Shown here one piece after another: positions 43,650 through 53,104 of a stretch of 64,000 bases of DNA (the stretch's first letter is position 1; each line of letters opens with the position of its first letter). A program made the translations under genes and the position numbers. The stretch is from positions 21,614-85,613 of the forward strand of contig CAZKFL010000003.1 in the NCBI GenBank assembly GCA_964552055.1, given 5' to 3'. The notes below the pieces were generated by a model. The model was not told the origin of the DNA. It did not search any database and worked only from the letters and a program-made list of their open reading frames with translations. The DNA is from an uncultured bacterium. GTDB lineage: Bacteria > Chlamydiota > Chlamydiia > Chlamydiales > 2-12-FULL-49-11.

Positions 43650-44549
43650 ATGGATAATTTCGTCACTTTATATCAACAACTCCTTGGTCTTCAAAAAGCT
43701 ACTTTTTCACGGATTGATCATGACGATGCAATGGTTGCTATCGTTTATAAGATCACCCAATCCGATGGTGAGCAGTTCATTTTAAAAATATGCACTCGCG
43801 GCAATGACTATTTACGCGAGGTATATTTTTTGAACCATTTTGCTGGCGAATTACCAGTGCCGCGTATTATACAGCTTGTGGAGCCTCAAAAGGGTGTTGA
43901 CGGTGCCATTTTAATGGAGTGTCTGCCAGGAGCGCTTCTTAAAATAGCAGACTTTACTGATGCCCTAGCTTATGAAATGGGTTCTCTGCTTGCGCGAATT
44001 CACCTCAACCGTGTGCCAGAAGGCTATGGCGATCTTATACAACCCAATGATTTAAGGCCAGATCCCCGTATTCATTTTAGTTTGAAGTTTGAGGAAGGGC
44101 TTGCAGAATGCAGCAATCACCTTCCACTGGCATTGCTTGAACAATCCATTCGCTATTATGGTGAGCATGTCAATCTCTTGGATTCTGTTGACGGACCTTG
44201 CTTGATCCACCGCGATTTTCGAGCTGGGAATGTGATGGTTTATAATGGCAAAATTCAAGGGATTATTGATTGGTCTTCAGGACGCTCAAGCTTTGCGGAA
44301 GATGATTTTTGTCCTATGGAACATGGAGAGTGGCCAAACCACCCTGCTAGAAAAAAATCCTTTTTAGAAGGTTATGGAAGCATTCGCCCTATCCCTGATT
44401 ACAATGCAATCATGCCGTTCTTACGCTTAAATAGAGCGATTGCTACAATCGGCTTTACCGTCAAGCGTGGAACTTGGGAAAGCAGTAACTCTCGTGTATA
44501 TCAGTTTAATCGTCGGTTTCTTGAAACGTTTTTTCAAAATCGATTATAA
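43650..44549 (+). CDS. kinase-fold phosphotransferase (APH / choline-kinase / ePK-like)
   Basis: Catalytic loop LIHRDFRAGNVMV (HRDxxxxN) followed by IIDWSSG (DxS/DFG-equivalent). N-lobe FILKIC Lys. Confidence 0.75.
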   Translation: MDNFVTLYQQLLGLQKATFSRIDHDDAMVAIVYKITQSDGEQFILKICTRGNDYLREVYFLNHFAGELPVPRIIQLVEPQKGVDGAILMECLPGALLKIADFTDALAYEMGSLLARIHLNRVPEGYGDLIQPNDLRPDPRIHFSLKFEEGLAECSNHLPLALLEQSIRYYGEHVNLLDSVDGPCLIHRDFRAGNVMVYNGKIQGIIDWSSGRSSFAEDDFCPMEHGEWPNHPARKKSFLEGYGSIRPIPDYNAIMPFLRLNRAIATIGFTVKRGTWESSNSRVYQFNRRFLETFFQNRL

Positions 44550-44616
44550 GAATTCTAAATTCAGCTGGATGCCCAGTCATCCATTTTGTAAGAGGGGAAA
44601 CAAACCAACCGGCCGG

Positions 44617-44652
44617 CCACCCAACTGGGTATCCAGAAATCCGGTTGGGTGG
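44617..44652. terminator. stem-loop between convergent genes (possible bidirectional terminator)
   Basis: CCACCCAAC (44617-44625) pairs with GTTGGGTGG (44644-44652), a 9-bp stem. A weaker TGGATG/CATCCA hairpin followed by TTTT lies at 44566-44587. There is no strong U-tract after the main stem. Confidence 0.4.
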
Positions 44653-44690
44653 AAATCCATATAACCAACTCTCTTATTATGAAGGAGTTT

Positions 44691-45416
44691 TTAAATTTCG
44701 TAATATGTTATATAAGCCCATTGAGTTGCTGTAGCTGCGTCTGTATTAATCACTATGGAATCACCTGCATTCATAGAGATGGGATTCGATACGTTAGCAT
44801 TGGCATTGTTTGCGACTGCTGTATTTTGCAAATATTGATTGCCAGTCCCAGGGGATTCACCATTTGGAACGTGATAGATGTTGATGTTTCTGCTTGCGCC
44901 CGAAATATTTTTATAGAGACCACCAGAGGCGTTTACGTACACTCCGCCACTGCTATCGATAGCGATTGCTGTGCTTCCTGAATCCACAGTCAAAAGTGTA
45001 TTATTTCCAGCAGATAAGCTCAGTAATCGAGCTGTGTAAAGAGGGGTTGAAATGTCCATTTCCATGACTCTTACCCAAAGATTTCCACCCGGGTTAGAGT
45101 TCACAATAACGGAAAAGCTTTCTCCTGCATTTATCACTTGTCCAATAAAAAGACGAGCCGCAGTTCCTAGAAGTGTATTCAAGGGAGTAAGAGGATAATA
45201 GGTACCACTCACTTTTATATTGAGACTTCCCGTCATACCTGGAGAAGCTCCGGCGCCATATATCCATGTAAGAAAGGCTTTTTTTCCAGAGGGACACGTA
45301 TAGATATCGACCGTTCCAGAAGTGCTACCGGAAAAGCCATTGACAAACTTAGCTCCTCTAATCAAGGGGCCATAACCACTGATAAAACCTACACCGTTAA
45401 TTACATTGTTACCCAT
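44691..45416 (-). CDS. tail-fibre-cluster paralog 3 of 3 (YTCPxGK / VPNGxSPG family)
   Basis: VDIYTCPSGKKA, IYHVPNGESPGTGNQ and NAGDSIVINTDAATATQWAYI are shared with the two upstream genes. Confidence 0.65.
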   Translation of the reverse strand: MGNNVINGVGFISGYGPLIRGAKFVNGFSGSTSGTVDIYTCPSGKKAFLTWIYGAGASPGMTGSLNIKVSGTYYPLTPLNTLLGTAARLFIGQVINAGESFSVIVNSNPGGNLWVRVMEMDISTPLYTARLLSLSAGNNTLLTVDSGSTAIAIDSSGGVYVNASGGLYKNISGASRNINIYHVPNGESPGTGNQYLQNTAVANNANANVSNPISMNAGDSIVINTDAATATQWAYITYYEI

Positions 45417-45417
45417 T

Positions 45418-46170
45418 TTATAGCTCCATTACATTGACCCATGCGGTCTGAGTTGCACTGGCTACGTTTGTATTGCACACTATGGAATCTCCTGCATTAA
45501 GCATCACTCCACCTCCAAGTCTAGAGGAAACGGCTGCATTATTTACCGTTTCAGTTGCCAGCTGATTTGTTGATCCAGGAGATCCACCATTAGGAACCGC
45601 ATACCAAACAATATTTGCGCTGCTTCCTGAATTGTTGAAATAGAAGACCTTTTTTAATGTAAAATTTACTGTTATCCAGGGGTCCAATAGAATAGCATTG
45701 TACCCAGTGGGACATGTGTAAATGGTATTATTTCCATTTGACATACTCACAACCTTGCTGCTCTTGATTGGGGCTGTGTTATCGAATTCAACGATGTTTG
45801 CCCATAGATTCATACCAGCTTGTGTGGTGTTAACCCCTATTCTTTCTCCGGCTTCTAGAATTATCGATACGGAAGTCGGGGCGTTTAGGTTCATTAGCTG
45901 ACCCTGTGAAAGAGTGGCGACGTTTCCAGTTCCTCCTATGCGATAATAGGTGCCACTTACATAAAGAACAGGGTATATCGTGGTTGTTGTTCCAGCGTTA
46001 TTATAACCTGTGATGTAGGTCACGCAAGCTCTTTTTCCTGTAGGACAAGTGTACATGTCTACGTTTCCAGATCCTGCATTTGAAACAAAGGCAGCAGGGA
46101 ATTTTACCGCTGGTAAGTAGACTCCTTGCGGATGATAAATTAAATTATTGATAATGTTATTATTAGGCAT
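45418..46170 (-). CDS. tail-fibre-cluster paralog 2 of 3
   Basis: VDMYTCPTGKRA and NNTIYTCPTGYNA (internal duplication), WYAVPNGGSPGSTNQ, and NAGDSIVCNTNVASATQTAWVNVMEL. Confidence 0.65.
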   Translation of the reverse strand: MPNNNIINNLIYHPQGVYLPAVKFPAAFVSNAGSGNVDMYTCPTGKRACVTYITGYNNAGTTTTIYPVLYVSGTYYRIGGTGNVATLSQGQLMNLNAPTSVSIILEAGERIGVNTTQAGMNLWANIVEFDNTAPIKSSKVVSMSNGNNTIYTCPTGYNAILLDPWITVNFTLKKVFYFNNSGSSANIVWYAVPNGGSPGSTNQLATETVNNAAVSSRLGGGVMLNAGDSIVCNTNVASATQTAWVNVMEL

Positions 46171-46929
46171 TTAAAGCTCCATCATGTTTACCCACGCCCA
46201 TTGCGTAGCGGTTGATGCGTCTGTATTTATAACAAGAGTGTCTCCTGCATTCATACAATTGCTTGCAAATTGATTTCCTAAAAACGCTCCATTGGCAACA
46301 GCTTGAGTGGTTGTAGGCAAAAGCATGTTGCTTGCGCCAGGAGAACCTCCGTTTGGAACGTGATAAAGAGAGATGCTTCGGCTTCCGCCGCTGTTGTTCC
46401 AATAATTGGTTGCCATTGCAAGTGAAGATTGTGTTGCGATTGGGCTGAGATTGCTAAACATGAAAATAGCAGATTTATCTGCGGGGCAGGTATAGAGAAT
46501 GTTATTTCCGCTCGATAATGAAAGAAGCTTAGAGGTCATGTATGGAATATCTGAATCATATTCCATGATCGAAATCCAAACATTGATCGAGGAGGTCGAT
46601 TGATTTGTCGAAATGCTCTCCCCAGCTTCCAAAATGATGAGATTGACAATCCCGCCTGCAGCAACGCCAATAGAAGAAGCAGTTTGTGTGGAATTGAGAT
46701 TGTAGTAATTTCCGCTCGATTTAAGCATAGGAGTTATGCTCGCAGACCCAGACGGAGAGCAATAATTGATCTGCATGACCGCAGCTCTTTTTCCTGCTGG
46801 ACATGTGTACCAATCTACGGTTCCGCTAGCTGCGGGATTTCCTTGGATAGGTACAAAAGCAAGCCCAGATAGCTTGTTTGTATATCCAGCGCACATTGCA
46901 TATCTATTTATAAAATCTTGTACAGGCAT
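46171..46929 (-). CDS. tail-fibre-cluster paralog 1 of 3
   Basis: VDWYTCPAGKRA and NNILYTCPADKSA, LYHVPNGGSPGASNM, and NAGDTLVINTDASTATQWAWVNMMEL. Confidence 0.65.
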   Translation of the reverse strand: MPVQDFINRYAMCAGYTNKLSGLAFVPIQGNPAASGTVDWYTCPAGKRAAVMQINYCSPSGSASITPMLKSSGNYYNLNSTQTASSIGVAAGGIVNLIILEAGESISTNQSTSSINVWISIMEYDSDIPYMTSKLLSLSSGNNILYTCPADKSAIFMFSNLSPIATQSSLAMATNYWNNSGGSRSISLYHVPNGGSPGASNMLLPTTTQAVANGAFLGNQFASNCMNAGDTLVINTDASTATQWAWVNMMEL

Positions 46930-46930
46930 A

Positions 46931-47596
46931 TTAAACCACCGTTAAGTTACCGATTCCGGAACGGACAAGCCAATCTGTGTCCGCTGTAATACAAAGCAAC
47001 CGTACTGCGTCGTATCTTAGAGATGAAGAAAGACTACCTCCAGTTCCCGTTGTTGAGTCGACGCCTTCCATATGGATGACTTGACCCGAGTTTTGTGCAA
47101 TTGTCCAACCGCCTATTCCTTTTCCAGCTACTTCAATCATATCTCCAACTATAGAACTTGAGGGAAGAGTAATAGTCACTACGCTTGTATTGTTCGTGAT
47201 ATAGCCGTTATTGACAGCAGCAGCCTGAGAGGTCCCCGTTACTTCACTCCATGTAATTCCTCCGCCACCACCGCCGGCTGCAGCCCATTTGACTCCGGAT
47301 GGTTGTGTGGAGTCAGCAGTTAAAACAAATGTGTCTGTTCCGACAGGTAATGGTGTGAAAGTTCCAGAGCCTGTTCCAATGAGAATAACACCTTGCGCTG
47401 TGTAATCTGCAAAACCGATCAGGGTATCTGTTGATCTGTTGGGAAATGTATAAATACCTGAGCCAGAAAATTGATTGGTGAGGGTATAATCCCCATTTCC
47501 ATTATAGGTAACGGTTCTTTTAGTACTACCGCCACCAATACTAAATCCAAGCGTTAAGTTGGAAATGTCTAAGTTAACTGATGAATTGTGTGCCAT
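46931..47596 (-). CDS. tail fibre protein B (shared N-terminal ~110 aa, variant GGW tip)
   Basis: I prefer the ATG at 47596 ([14 protein letters not shown]...), colinear with 48139..48801. Also has [22 protein letters not shown]. Confidence 0.75.
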   Translation of the reverse strand: MAHNSSVNLDISNLTLGFSIGGGSTKRTVTYNGNGDYTLTNQFSGSGIYTFPNRSTDTLIGFADYTAQGVILIGTGSGTFTPLPVGTDTFVLTADSTQPSGVKWAAAGGGGGGITWSEVTGTSQAAAVNNGYITNNTSVVTITLPSSSIVGDMIEVAGKGIGGWTIAQNSGQVIHMEGVDSTTGTGGSLSSSLRYDAVRLLCITADTDWLVRSGIGNLTVV

Positions 47597-47600
47597 AATT

Positions 47601-48101
47601 TTAATCCAATAAATATCCGTAAATGAATGAAATACCAGCAGCTTGCAATGAGACAACTTTTGATGAGGTCCCAGCTACCTGAATTGTAAAGTAGGCTGTA
47701 TCGTTTGCATTCATTCGGGCAAATATGTTTGATGCAATTTGCAATGTTTGTGATGCGGAGGAGGGGATATTAGCCCCCATTTCCACAAGCCGATATTCTC
47801 TAGATGAAGTCACGCACTTCAGGCAATAGACACTCATATTTGGGATAAGACCTTGTGTATTGATAGAAGCCCCCAAAATATAATTTCCTAATACTGGGGC
47901 TGTAAAAATTCCTGTAAGAGGATCATAATTTGAGTTTTGATCTATGATAACATTATCACAAGGGATCTGAAAAACAGTTCCATCGCCGGTAACATTTTCC
48001 AAATCTGCGTTTAACTGAGCAAAAAACGTACACTGTAATGGATGTGTAACTTGATTATCCTTAACGATAACCGGAGTATTTATAGAGTTATGTTGAACCA
48101 T
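47601..48101 (-). CDS. C1q/TNF-like globular-head domain protein
   Basis: TFFAQLN...[39 protein letters not shown]...[12 protein letters not shown]...SFIYGYLLD follows the C1q head consensus (FSA...F..V..N.G..Y...TG.FT.PV.G.Y.F...L..GD.V...F.G.LL). Confidence 0.6.
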   Translation of the reverse strand: MVQHNSINTPVIVKDNQVTHPLQCTFFAQLNADLENVTGDGTVFQIPCDNVIIDQNSNYDPLTGIFTAPVLGNYILGASINTQGLIPNMSVYCLKCVTSSREYRLVEMGANIPSSASQTLQIASNIFARMNANDTAYFTIQVAGTSSKVVSLQAAGISFIYGYLLD

Positions 48102-48138
48102 GTTACAATATCTATTACAGTGAGGTTAATCTTGATTT

Positions 48139-48801
48139 TTAAACGACGTCTAAACTTCCAACTGAGTTAATTACTCTCCATGTAGTATTGGCTACTACGC
48201 AAAGGCATTCTAAGCCATCGCCAGGATCGGATGAGGCTAAGCTTCCACTGACGCCTACAGTTGTAACTGTGTTTCCAAATTTGACGGATTGCAACGCGTT
48301 CTGAGCTAATAGCCAACCACCTGCTCCATTTCCACAGATTTTGAAGACCGTTCCTTGAGCAGCTGTAGTTGGGAGGGTTAATGTGACTAAAGCAGCGTTG
48401 TCAGCGATATAGCCGGTATTGACCGCAATTGTTTGGGAAGTTCCTGTGACATCTACCCATGAGCTGATGCCGCCACCACCTGCAGCTGCCCATTTTATCC
48501 CTGAAGTTTGAGTAGAGTCTGCGGTTAAAACAAAAGTGTCTGTTCCAACAGTTAATGGGCTAAAAGTGCCTACTGCTGTACCAATTAAGATTACCCCTTT
48601 TGCGGTATAGTCTGCAAAGCCGATTAGAGTATCAGCTGCTCTATTGGGGAGTGTAAAAACACCAGCACCAGCAAATTGATTGGTGAGGGTATAATCTCCA
48701 TTTCCGTTATAAGTAACGGTTCTTTTGGTGGTACCACCACCAATACTAAATCCAACCGCTTGGTTAGTAATATCTAGGTTGACTGACGAATTGTGCGCCA
48801 T
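48139..48801 (-). CDS. tail fibre protein A
   Basis: [42 protein letters not shown]...[22 protein letters not shown], with the tip [17 protein letters not shown]... Confidence 0.75.
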   Translation of the reverse strand: MAHNSSVNLDITNQAVGFSIGGGTTKRTVTYNGNGDYTLTNQFAGAGVFTLPNRAADTLIGFADYTAKGVILIGTAVGTFSPLTVGTDTFVLTADSTQTSGIKWAAAGGGGISSWVDVTGTSQTIAVNTGYIADNAALVTLTLPTTAAQGTVFKICGNGAGGWLLAQNALQSVKFGNTVTTVGVSGSLASSDPGDGLECLCVVANTTWRVINSVGSLDVV

Positions 48802-48902
48802 ATTTTTGCCTCTTACTTTGTTGTTAAACGATGTTTATGCCTTCCAAGGCATTGGGTTTTCGTTGGGAAATTTGGGTAAGAGGGACACAATTTAAATTGA
48901 GT

Positions 48903-49244
48903 TTATTTCGAAGGCCCATGACGGAGAGCTTTCCTTTTTGGTTTTTTAGGAACTTGTTCAAGAATGTATTCTTTGCTTTGTTGAAGTAATTGACTTAGGA
49001 GGATTTCAAGAGATTGAAGACGATTTCTCATTTGTTCAATGGATTGCTGCAATGCAAACATACGGTTTACCTCAATTTGTTGTTGAATCAACATTCTTTT
49101 AGGAGCGCAGTCGGTGATAATTTTTGGCTGTCCGGTTCCTCCTTCTTGCCACCATGATTCCATGTAATTTGGGCACTCCTTTTCTGATGTGCATAGTTTG
49201 CTCTTAACGAAGGGGCAGTTTTCTTTGCATGACGTACAATCCAT
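48903..49244 (-). CDS. hypothetical Cys-rich plus coiled-coil protein in the fibre cluster
   Basis: 113-aa ORF with DCTSCKENCPFVKSKLCTSEKECP followed by heptads. Confidence 0.45.
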   Translation of the reverse strand: MDCTSCKENCPFVKSKLCTSEKECPNYMESWWQEGGTGQPKIITDCAPKRMLIQQQIEVNRMFALQQSIEQMRNRLQSLEILLSQLLQQSKEYILEQVPKKPKRKALRHGPSK

Positions 49245-49266
49245 TGAGTTCTCCTTTAGTTAGTTT

Positions 49267-49872
49267 TTAGGGTTGTTTTTGACATAAAATTCCTGTTGCG
49301 GCTAAAGGCCTCCAAGCGGACCCATGATTGTGGGCTTGGCTTCCACCTACGCTGGAGGTCGTCGCAAAGTTGGTTCCGCTTTGATTGGTGCTTCCCACTT
49401 TTTGAGGCGCAAGATTTCCCTTTTGATCCGATTTGTAGAGAGTGATTTGGTGAGTATGGGCTGGGATTTGATCGGTCGTAAGAGTGTGATCCGCTGTCTG
49501 CCACGTTCCTTGAGGTAGAGCTCCCCCAACGGTATAGGTAGATCCACCTTTGACTCCAAGTAGGCAATCTCCAATAGGCATTGTCACCCATCCACTAGGA
49601 GCTACATCTTGATAAAACCAAAGTTGAGTACCTGCGACAAAGCTAACCTGGTCAAACCGAATTTGATAATTCGTTGAACCTCTTCCTATTACGAGCAAGT
49701 CGTTATTTATGGCTGTGCTTGGAAGGGGATCGAATAGAGAAATGTCAAAATTTCTTATTTGGGCAATCGTTGCTTTTTTGTCTGTAAATCCTTGGTGGAC
49801 AATTGTAAGATCGTTTGCTGGATCGATTACGTCTACAGGATCAAGATCGCTTATTAATACAGGTGTGCTCAT
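49267..49872 (-). CDS. tail fibre protein with a phage tail-collar (MdpB-like) C-terminal domain
   Basis: PSGWV...DHTLTTDQIPAHTHQ...GGSQAHNHGS parallels tail-collar proteins (P.GW...H.L...Q.P.H.H...GG.Q.HNN.QP). The ATG at 49872 has AAGGAG upstream. Confidence 0.65.
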   Translation of the reverse strand: MSTPVLISDLDPVDVIDPANDLTIVHQGFTDKKATIAQIRNFDISLFDPLPSTAINNDLLVIGRGSTNYQIRFDQVSFVAGTQLWFYQDVAPSGWVTMPIGDCLLGVKGGSTYTVGGALPQGTWQTADHTLTTDQIPAHTHQITLYKSDQKGNLAPQKVGSTNQSGTNFATTSSVGGSQAHNHGSAWRPLAATGILCQKQP

Positions 49873-49885
49873 AGTTTGTTTCTCC

Positions 49886-50353
49886 TTAAGACGGAATAAT
49901 TTTTGATTGTCCCCAAGCAATGATGGTTGTTGGATCAGTAGCCCCTGTAATGGGGACAGAAGTTCCGGAAATCACGCCGATCGCTAAGGTTGCACTCGCT
50001 ATTGTTGTTAAAGTCACTGTTCCTCCAATATTTGCTCCAATAGCATAGAGATAGCTTGCAGGGCTTGCTGTATCAACGGCAAATAAGATGCAAAGAGAGC
50101 TGGAGATCGGAAAGATATTGGTTCCCGATCCATCTGTGACGATTGCTTGCTCTTCTTGTTGGTTAAGCCAATTTAGCCATCTCCAGGTATAACGGGCTAA
50201 CCAGTTGAACCAATTGCGGGGTGGATATTCAAGTCTAGACCATCCCTCCAGTTTTTTTTCAGGAGGGGGTTCGAGAACATTATTTTGACCTGATATTGGA
50301 TCTACAACATCATTTTCGGCCCATTCAGGAAGGATTGTTGGTTTTGTTATCAT
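49886..50353 (-). CDS. tail fibre / baseplate-attached fibre N-terminal protein
   Basis: PEWAENDVVDP...PPPEKKLEGWSRLEYPPRNWFNWLARYTWRWLNWL is a recurrent myophage fibre N-terminus motif. Confidence 0.55.
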   Translation of the reverse strand: MITKPTILPEWAENDVVDPISGQNNVLEPPPEKKLEGWSRLEYPPRNWFNWLARYTWRWLNWLNQQEEQAIVTDGSGTNIFPISSSLCILFAVDTASPASYLYAIGANIGGTVTLTTIASATLAIGVISGTSVPITGATDPTTIIAWGQSKIIPS

Positions 50354-50363
50354 TCTAATCTCC

Positions 50364-51122
50364 TTATGGTGATGGTGGTGCTGAGCCGTTAAACATGATT
50401 ACTTCTGCTATTTGCCCGGCTCCAGTCGTATCAATGTCGGGCGTTCCGTATTCTGCAAAGCAGCCTCCAAATGTTGGATTACTAACATTTCCAGCGTTGA
50501 CGGCTAAAAGATTGGTCACTTCTACTTGCAGATTTCTGAGGTCAAATGGGTTGGATTCAAATGGTGAAACATTAAGCAGTTCGATGATTGGATCTCCACT
50601 GAATACAAAAGGGAGGGAAACTCCATAAGTTGCTGTAATAGTGGTGTATTGAACGGCTGCCGGACTTACTGATTGAAGAGCCGAAACCAGGGTTTCTGGA
50701 GGAACGGAGAAAGTGGTGCCATCTGTATCCATTTGGAAGGCGGCTGGATAATATTCGTGGTATCGGATTTTTGTCGCTTTAGTCAAAAATTGGAGAACAG
50801 CGATTACTTCTTCAGGAGTGCCATTCGATTTGTTGATGAAAATTTGAAATTTCAACTTCTCCTTATAATCATCATCAGACTCATCGGGCAGGCGGCTTAG
50901 CCCTAAAATTTGTCCAAGACCATCGAGTTGAACGCCAACAGATGTATCAATTGCCCGATTAAATTTTAGCGTTTGATTGACATCATCTATCTCTTGAAAC
51001 TGAGTGACAAAAGCCTGGATTAATTTCTGGAATCGGTTATAGTCTCCACCTAATAAGCTTTGTTGAAATTGACTAGCTAGAAGGACGATCGCTCTTTGAA
51101 CATGGTTAGAAATCAATGTCAT
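50364..51122 (-). CDS. baseplate wedge-associated protein (P2 gpI / DUF2612-like)
   Basis: LDGLGQILGLSR...ESDDDYKEKLKFQIFINKSNGTPEEVI pattern, positioned directly after Baseplate_J. Confidence 0.55.
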   Translation of the reverse strand: MTLISNHVQRAIVLLASQFQQSLLGGDYNRFQKLIQAFVTQFQEIDDVNQTLKFNRAIDTSVGVQLDGLGQILGLSRLPDESDDDYKEKLKFQIFINKSNGTPEEVIAVLQFLTKATKIRYHEYYPAAFQMDTDGTTFSVPPETLVSALQSVSPAAVQYTTITATYGVSLPFVFSGDPIIELLNVSPFESNPFDLRNLQVEVTNLLAVNAGNVSNPTFGGCFAEYGTPDIDTTGAGQIAEVIMFNGSAPPSP

Positions 51123-53104
51123 ACAGTCACCGTGATGCGCGATGGATCAAATATCGCAATTTCATTTTCTTGGATGGGGATGTCAGAGGTGTCATAAAGA
51201 GGGCTGTCGCCTGGGCCATTCGTTGCGGCGATTTGCATAGCTCCGCTTGCAATTCCAGGGATGGTGAATATTTGGGCAAGAACGCGCTGTAAAAGAACAT
51301 CGACGCCAATCCCAAGATCATTACCGTAAGTATTGAGAGCTTCTGCTACTAAGTCTTGCCCATTCGGAGGGAAGGTCTCTTCGGAATAGAGAGTCAATGT
51401 AACTGTAATCCAAATGTAAATCGGAGTAGGTCTGCTGAAATTGATAACTTGCTGCTCGCCTTGTGAGTCGGTGACGGTAAAGGACGTATTGCCGAATGTT
51501 TCGATCCCAGCCGGTTTTGTAAGCCAGATTTTAGTTGCAACGTCAGCATCAGAACCTCCTTCCACGACTGCTTCGAAACTTTTTGCGAGGCGACCACCTT
51601 TAAATACAGCTTGTGCTTGACTTGCACCGCCTGTAACTGCAAATGTTGTAATAGAGACTTCAACAGCTTCGTTCATGGATACTGTGATTGTCAGATTTGC
51701 CGTTCCGCCTACAATAGCAGAAGCAATTTGAGGTTGATTAGATAAGACGATTGCTATTGCATTCATCGTATCTAGATGTGAAGTTGCAAATGTGATAATC
51801 GGAAGAGTTTGAATTGTGTTAAAAACAATTGTGATTGTATTTCCAGTGACTAAATCTTGATTCAAAACGATATTAATTGGTTCTTGAGTCATTGTCCTAT
51901 TTTCAAAAATAAAAGCAGAGGTAACTCCTAGAACTTGTTGGAGAAGCCTTGCTCTAATGGACTCTACGGTTCCTGCTCCTAAAAGACGGATAGAGTTATT
52001 TCTTCTGATTCTAAGTTCTGCATCTGTTTCAATTAGACGGCCAGTCACCCCAGCCTTTGGGTTATTGATTGAATTCCAACCAGAAATAGGGGTGAGGATT
52101 TCGACCAATGTATTGATAGGAGCGGCAATGGGGGCAAAGTCTTGTGATAGAAAAGTAATGGGGGAAGATTGAGAGGAGATACTTAAATTCGTTCCAACGC
52201 TGATGGAAAAAGGCACATCGGGGTCATTAGCTATAATGGATAGACTTCCTATTAGGTCTGTTGCTAATATGGAGGAAATTGTCGTATTGATAATACTTGT
52301 TAAATTTTGAGAAATTGCATTGACTGTGGGTGCATCAAAAGTTACAGCATAGGTTGGTTGTGATGCACCACCGGTTATAACAATCGAATTAATGACAATA
52401 TTTTGTCCGAGCACAGGGATGATACTGATAATATTAGGGTTTGTCGGTGTAGCAGATAGGACATTAGGATTAGATGCGATTGCCATGGCTAGATCAGTAA
52501 GTGTTTGATTATTATCTGTATCAAATGGAACAGCTGCTAATGTAGTGCCATTAAGAGTTGCTATAATCGAATTCCCTGTGACAAAACTCCCTGTAAAAGT
52601 GATGATCGGAAGCGAATAGGTGAGAGCCTGATTATTAATGATGGTAGTGTAAGATTGTGGTGCTGATGATCCAACCTGAATGGTTACGGATGCTGCATTG
52701 GATTTTGTGATAAAGCTATCAGATTGGCAGAAAAAAACTGCGCCGGTATCAGTAATTCTAGCTAAAGATCCTTGATTGATGAGAGTTCCTTCTAGTCCCG
52801 CGCAGACAGCAGTAACATTTGTTTGTTGAGCCGCAAGTCTTGTAATGGCATTTAATTGGACAACATTATCTAAGCTAATCCCTTCAGCAGAATTAGGGTA
52901 TTGGCTAAAATAGACGTCTTGCATATTTTCCCAGATATCAGCCTGAACTTTTGAGATTACGCCGATCAATTGGCCAAAGATAGATTGGGGATCAAGATTG
53001 ATTTCGCCAAAAGCAGCTATTAAAAGATTTTGATTTTCTGCCTGGATATCAGGAAGTCGTTTGATTTTAAATCCTTGTGGAGTTAGCCCGAATGGAGATG
53101 TCAT
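51119..53104 (-). CDS. Baseplate J-like protein with large inserted decoration modules
   Basis: The N-terminus GFKIKRLPDIQAENQNLLIAAFGEINLDPQSIFGQLIGV...QYPNSAEGISLDN is typical of gpJ/gp6. It is 661 aa, with inserts at residues ~150-310 and ~415-500. Confidence 0.8.
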   Translation of the reverse strand: MTSPFGLTPQGFKIKRLPDIQAENQNLLIAAFGEINLDPQSIFGQLIGVISKVQADIWENMQDVYFSQYPNSAEGISLDNVVQLNAITRLAAQQTNVTAVCAGLEGTLINQGSLARITDTGAVFFCQSDSFITKSNAASVTIQVGSSAPQSYTTIINNQALTYSLPIITFTGSFVTGNSIIATLNGTTLAAVPFDTDNNQTLTDLAMAIASNPNVLSATPTNPNIISIIPVLGQNIVINSIVITGGASQPTYAVTFDAPTVNAISQNLTSIINTTISSILATDLIGSLSIIANDPDVPFSISVGTNLSISSQSSPITFLSQDFAPIAAPINTLVEILTPISGWNSINNPKAGVTGRLIETDAELRIRRNNSIRLLGAGTVESIRARLLQQVLGVTSAFIFENRTMTQEPINIVLNQDLVTGNTITIVFNTIQTLPIITFATSHLDTMNAIAIVLSNQPQIASAIVGGTANLTITVSMNEAVEVSITTFAVTGGASQAQAVFKGGRLAKSFEAVVEGGSDADVATKIWLTKPAGIETFGNTSFTVTDSQGEQQVINFSRPTPIYIWITVTLTLYSEETFPPNGQDLVAEALNTYGNDLGIGVDVLLQRVLAQIFTIPGIASGAMQIAATNGPGDSPLYDTSDIPIQENEIAIFDPSRITVTV

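Noticed and set aside
44691-48801. Diversity-generating retroelement, or a Mu/P1-style invertible G/C segment, acting on the duplicated fibre genes.
   Set aside because: No reverse transcriptase and no template/variable repeat pair with adenine-specific differences is visible. The duplicated fibre segments are in direct, not inverted, orientation. No Gin/Cin-type invertase is present in the window.
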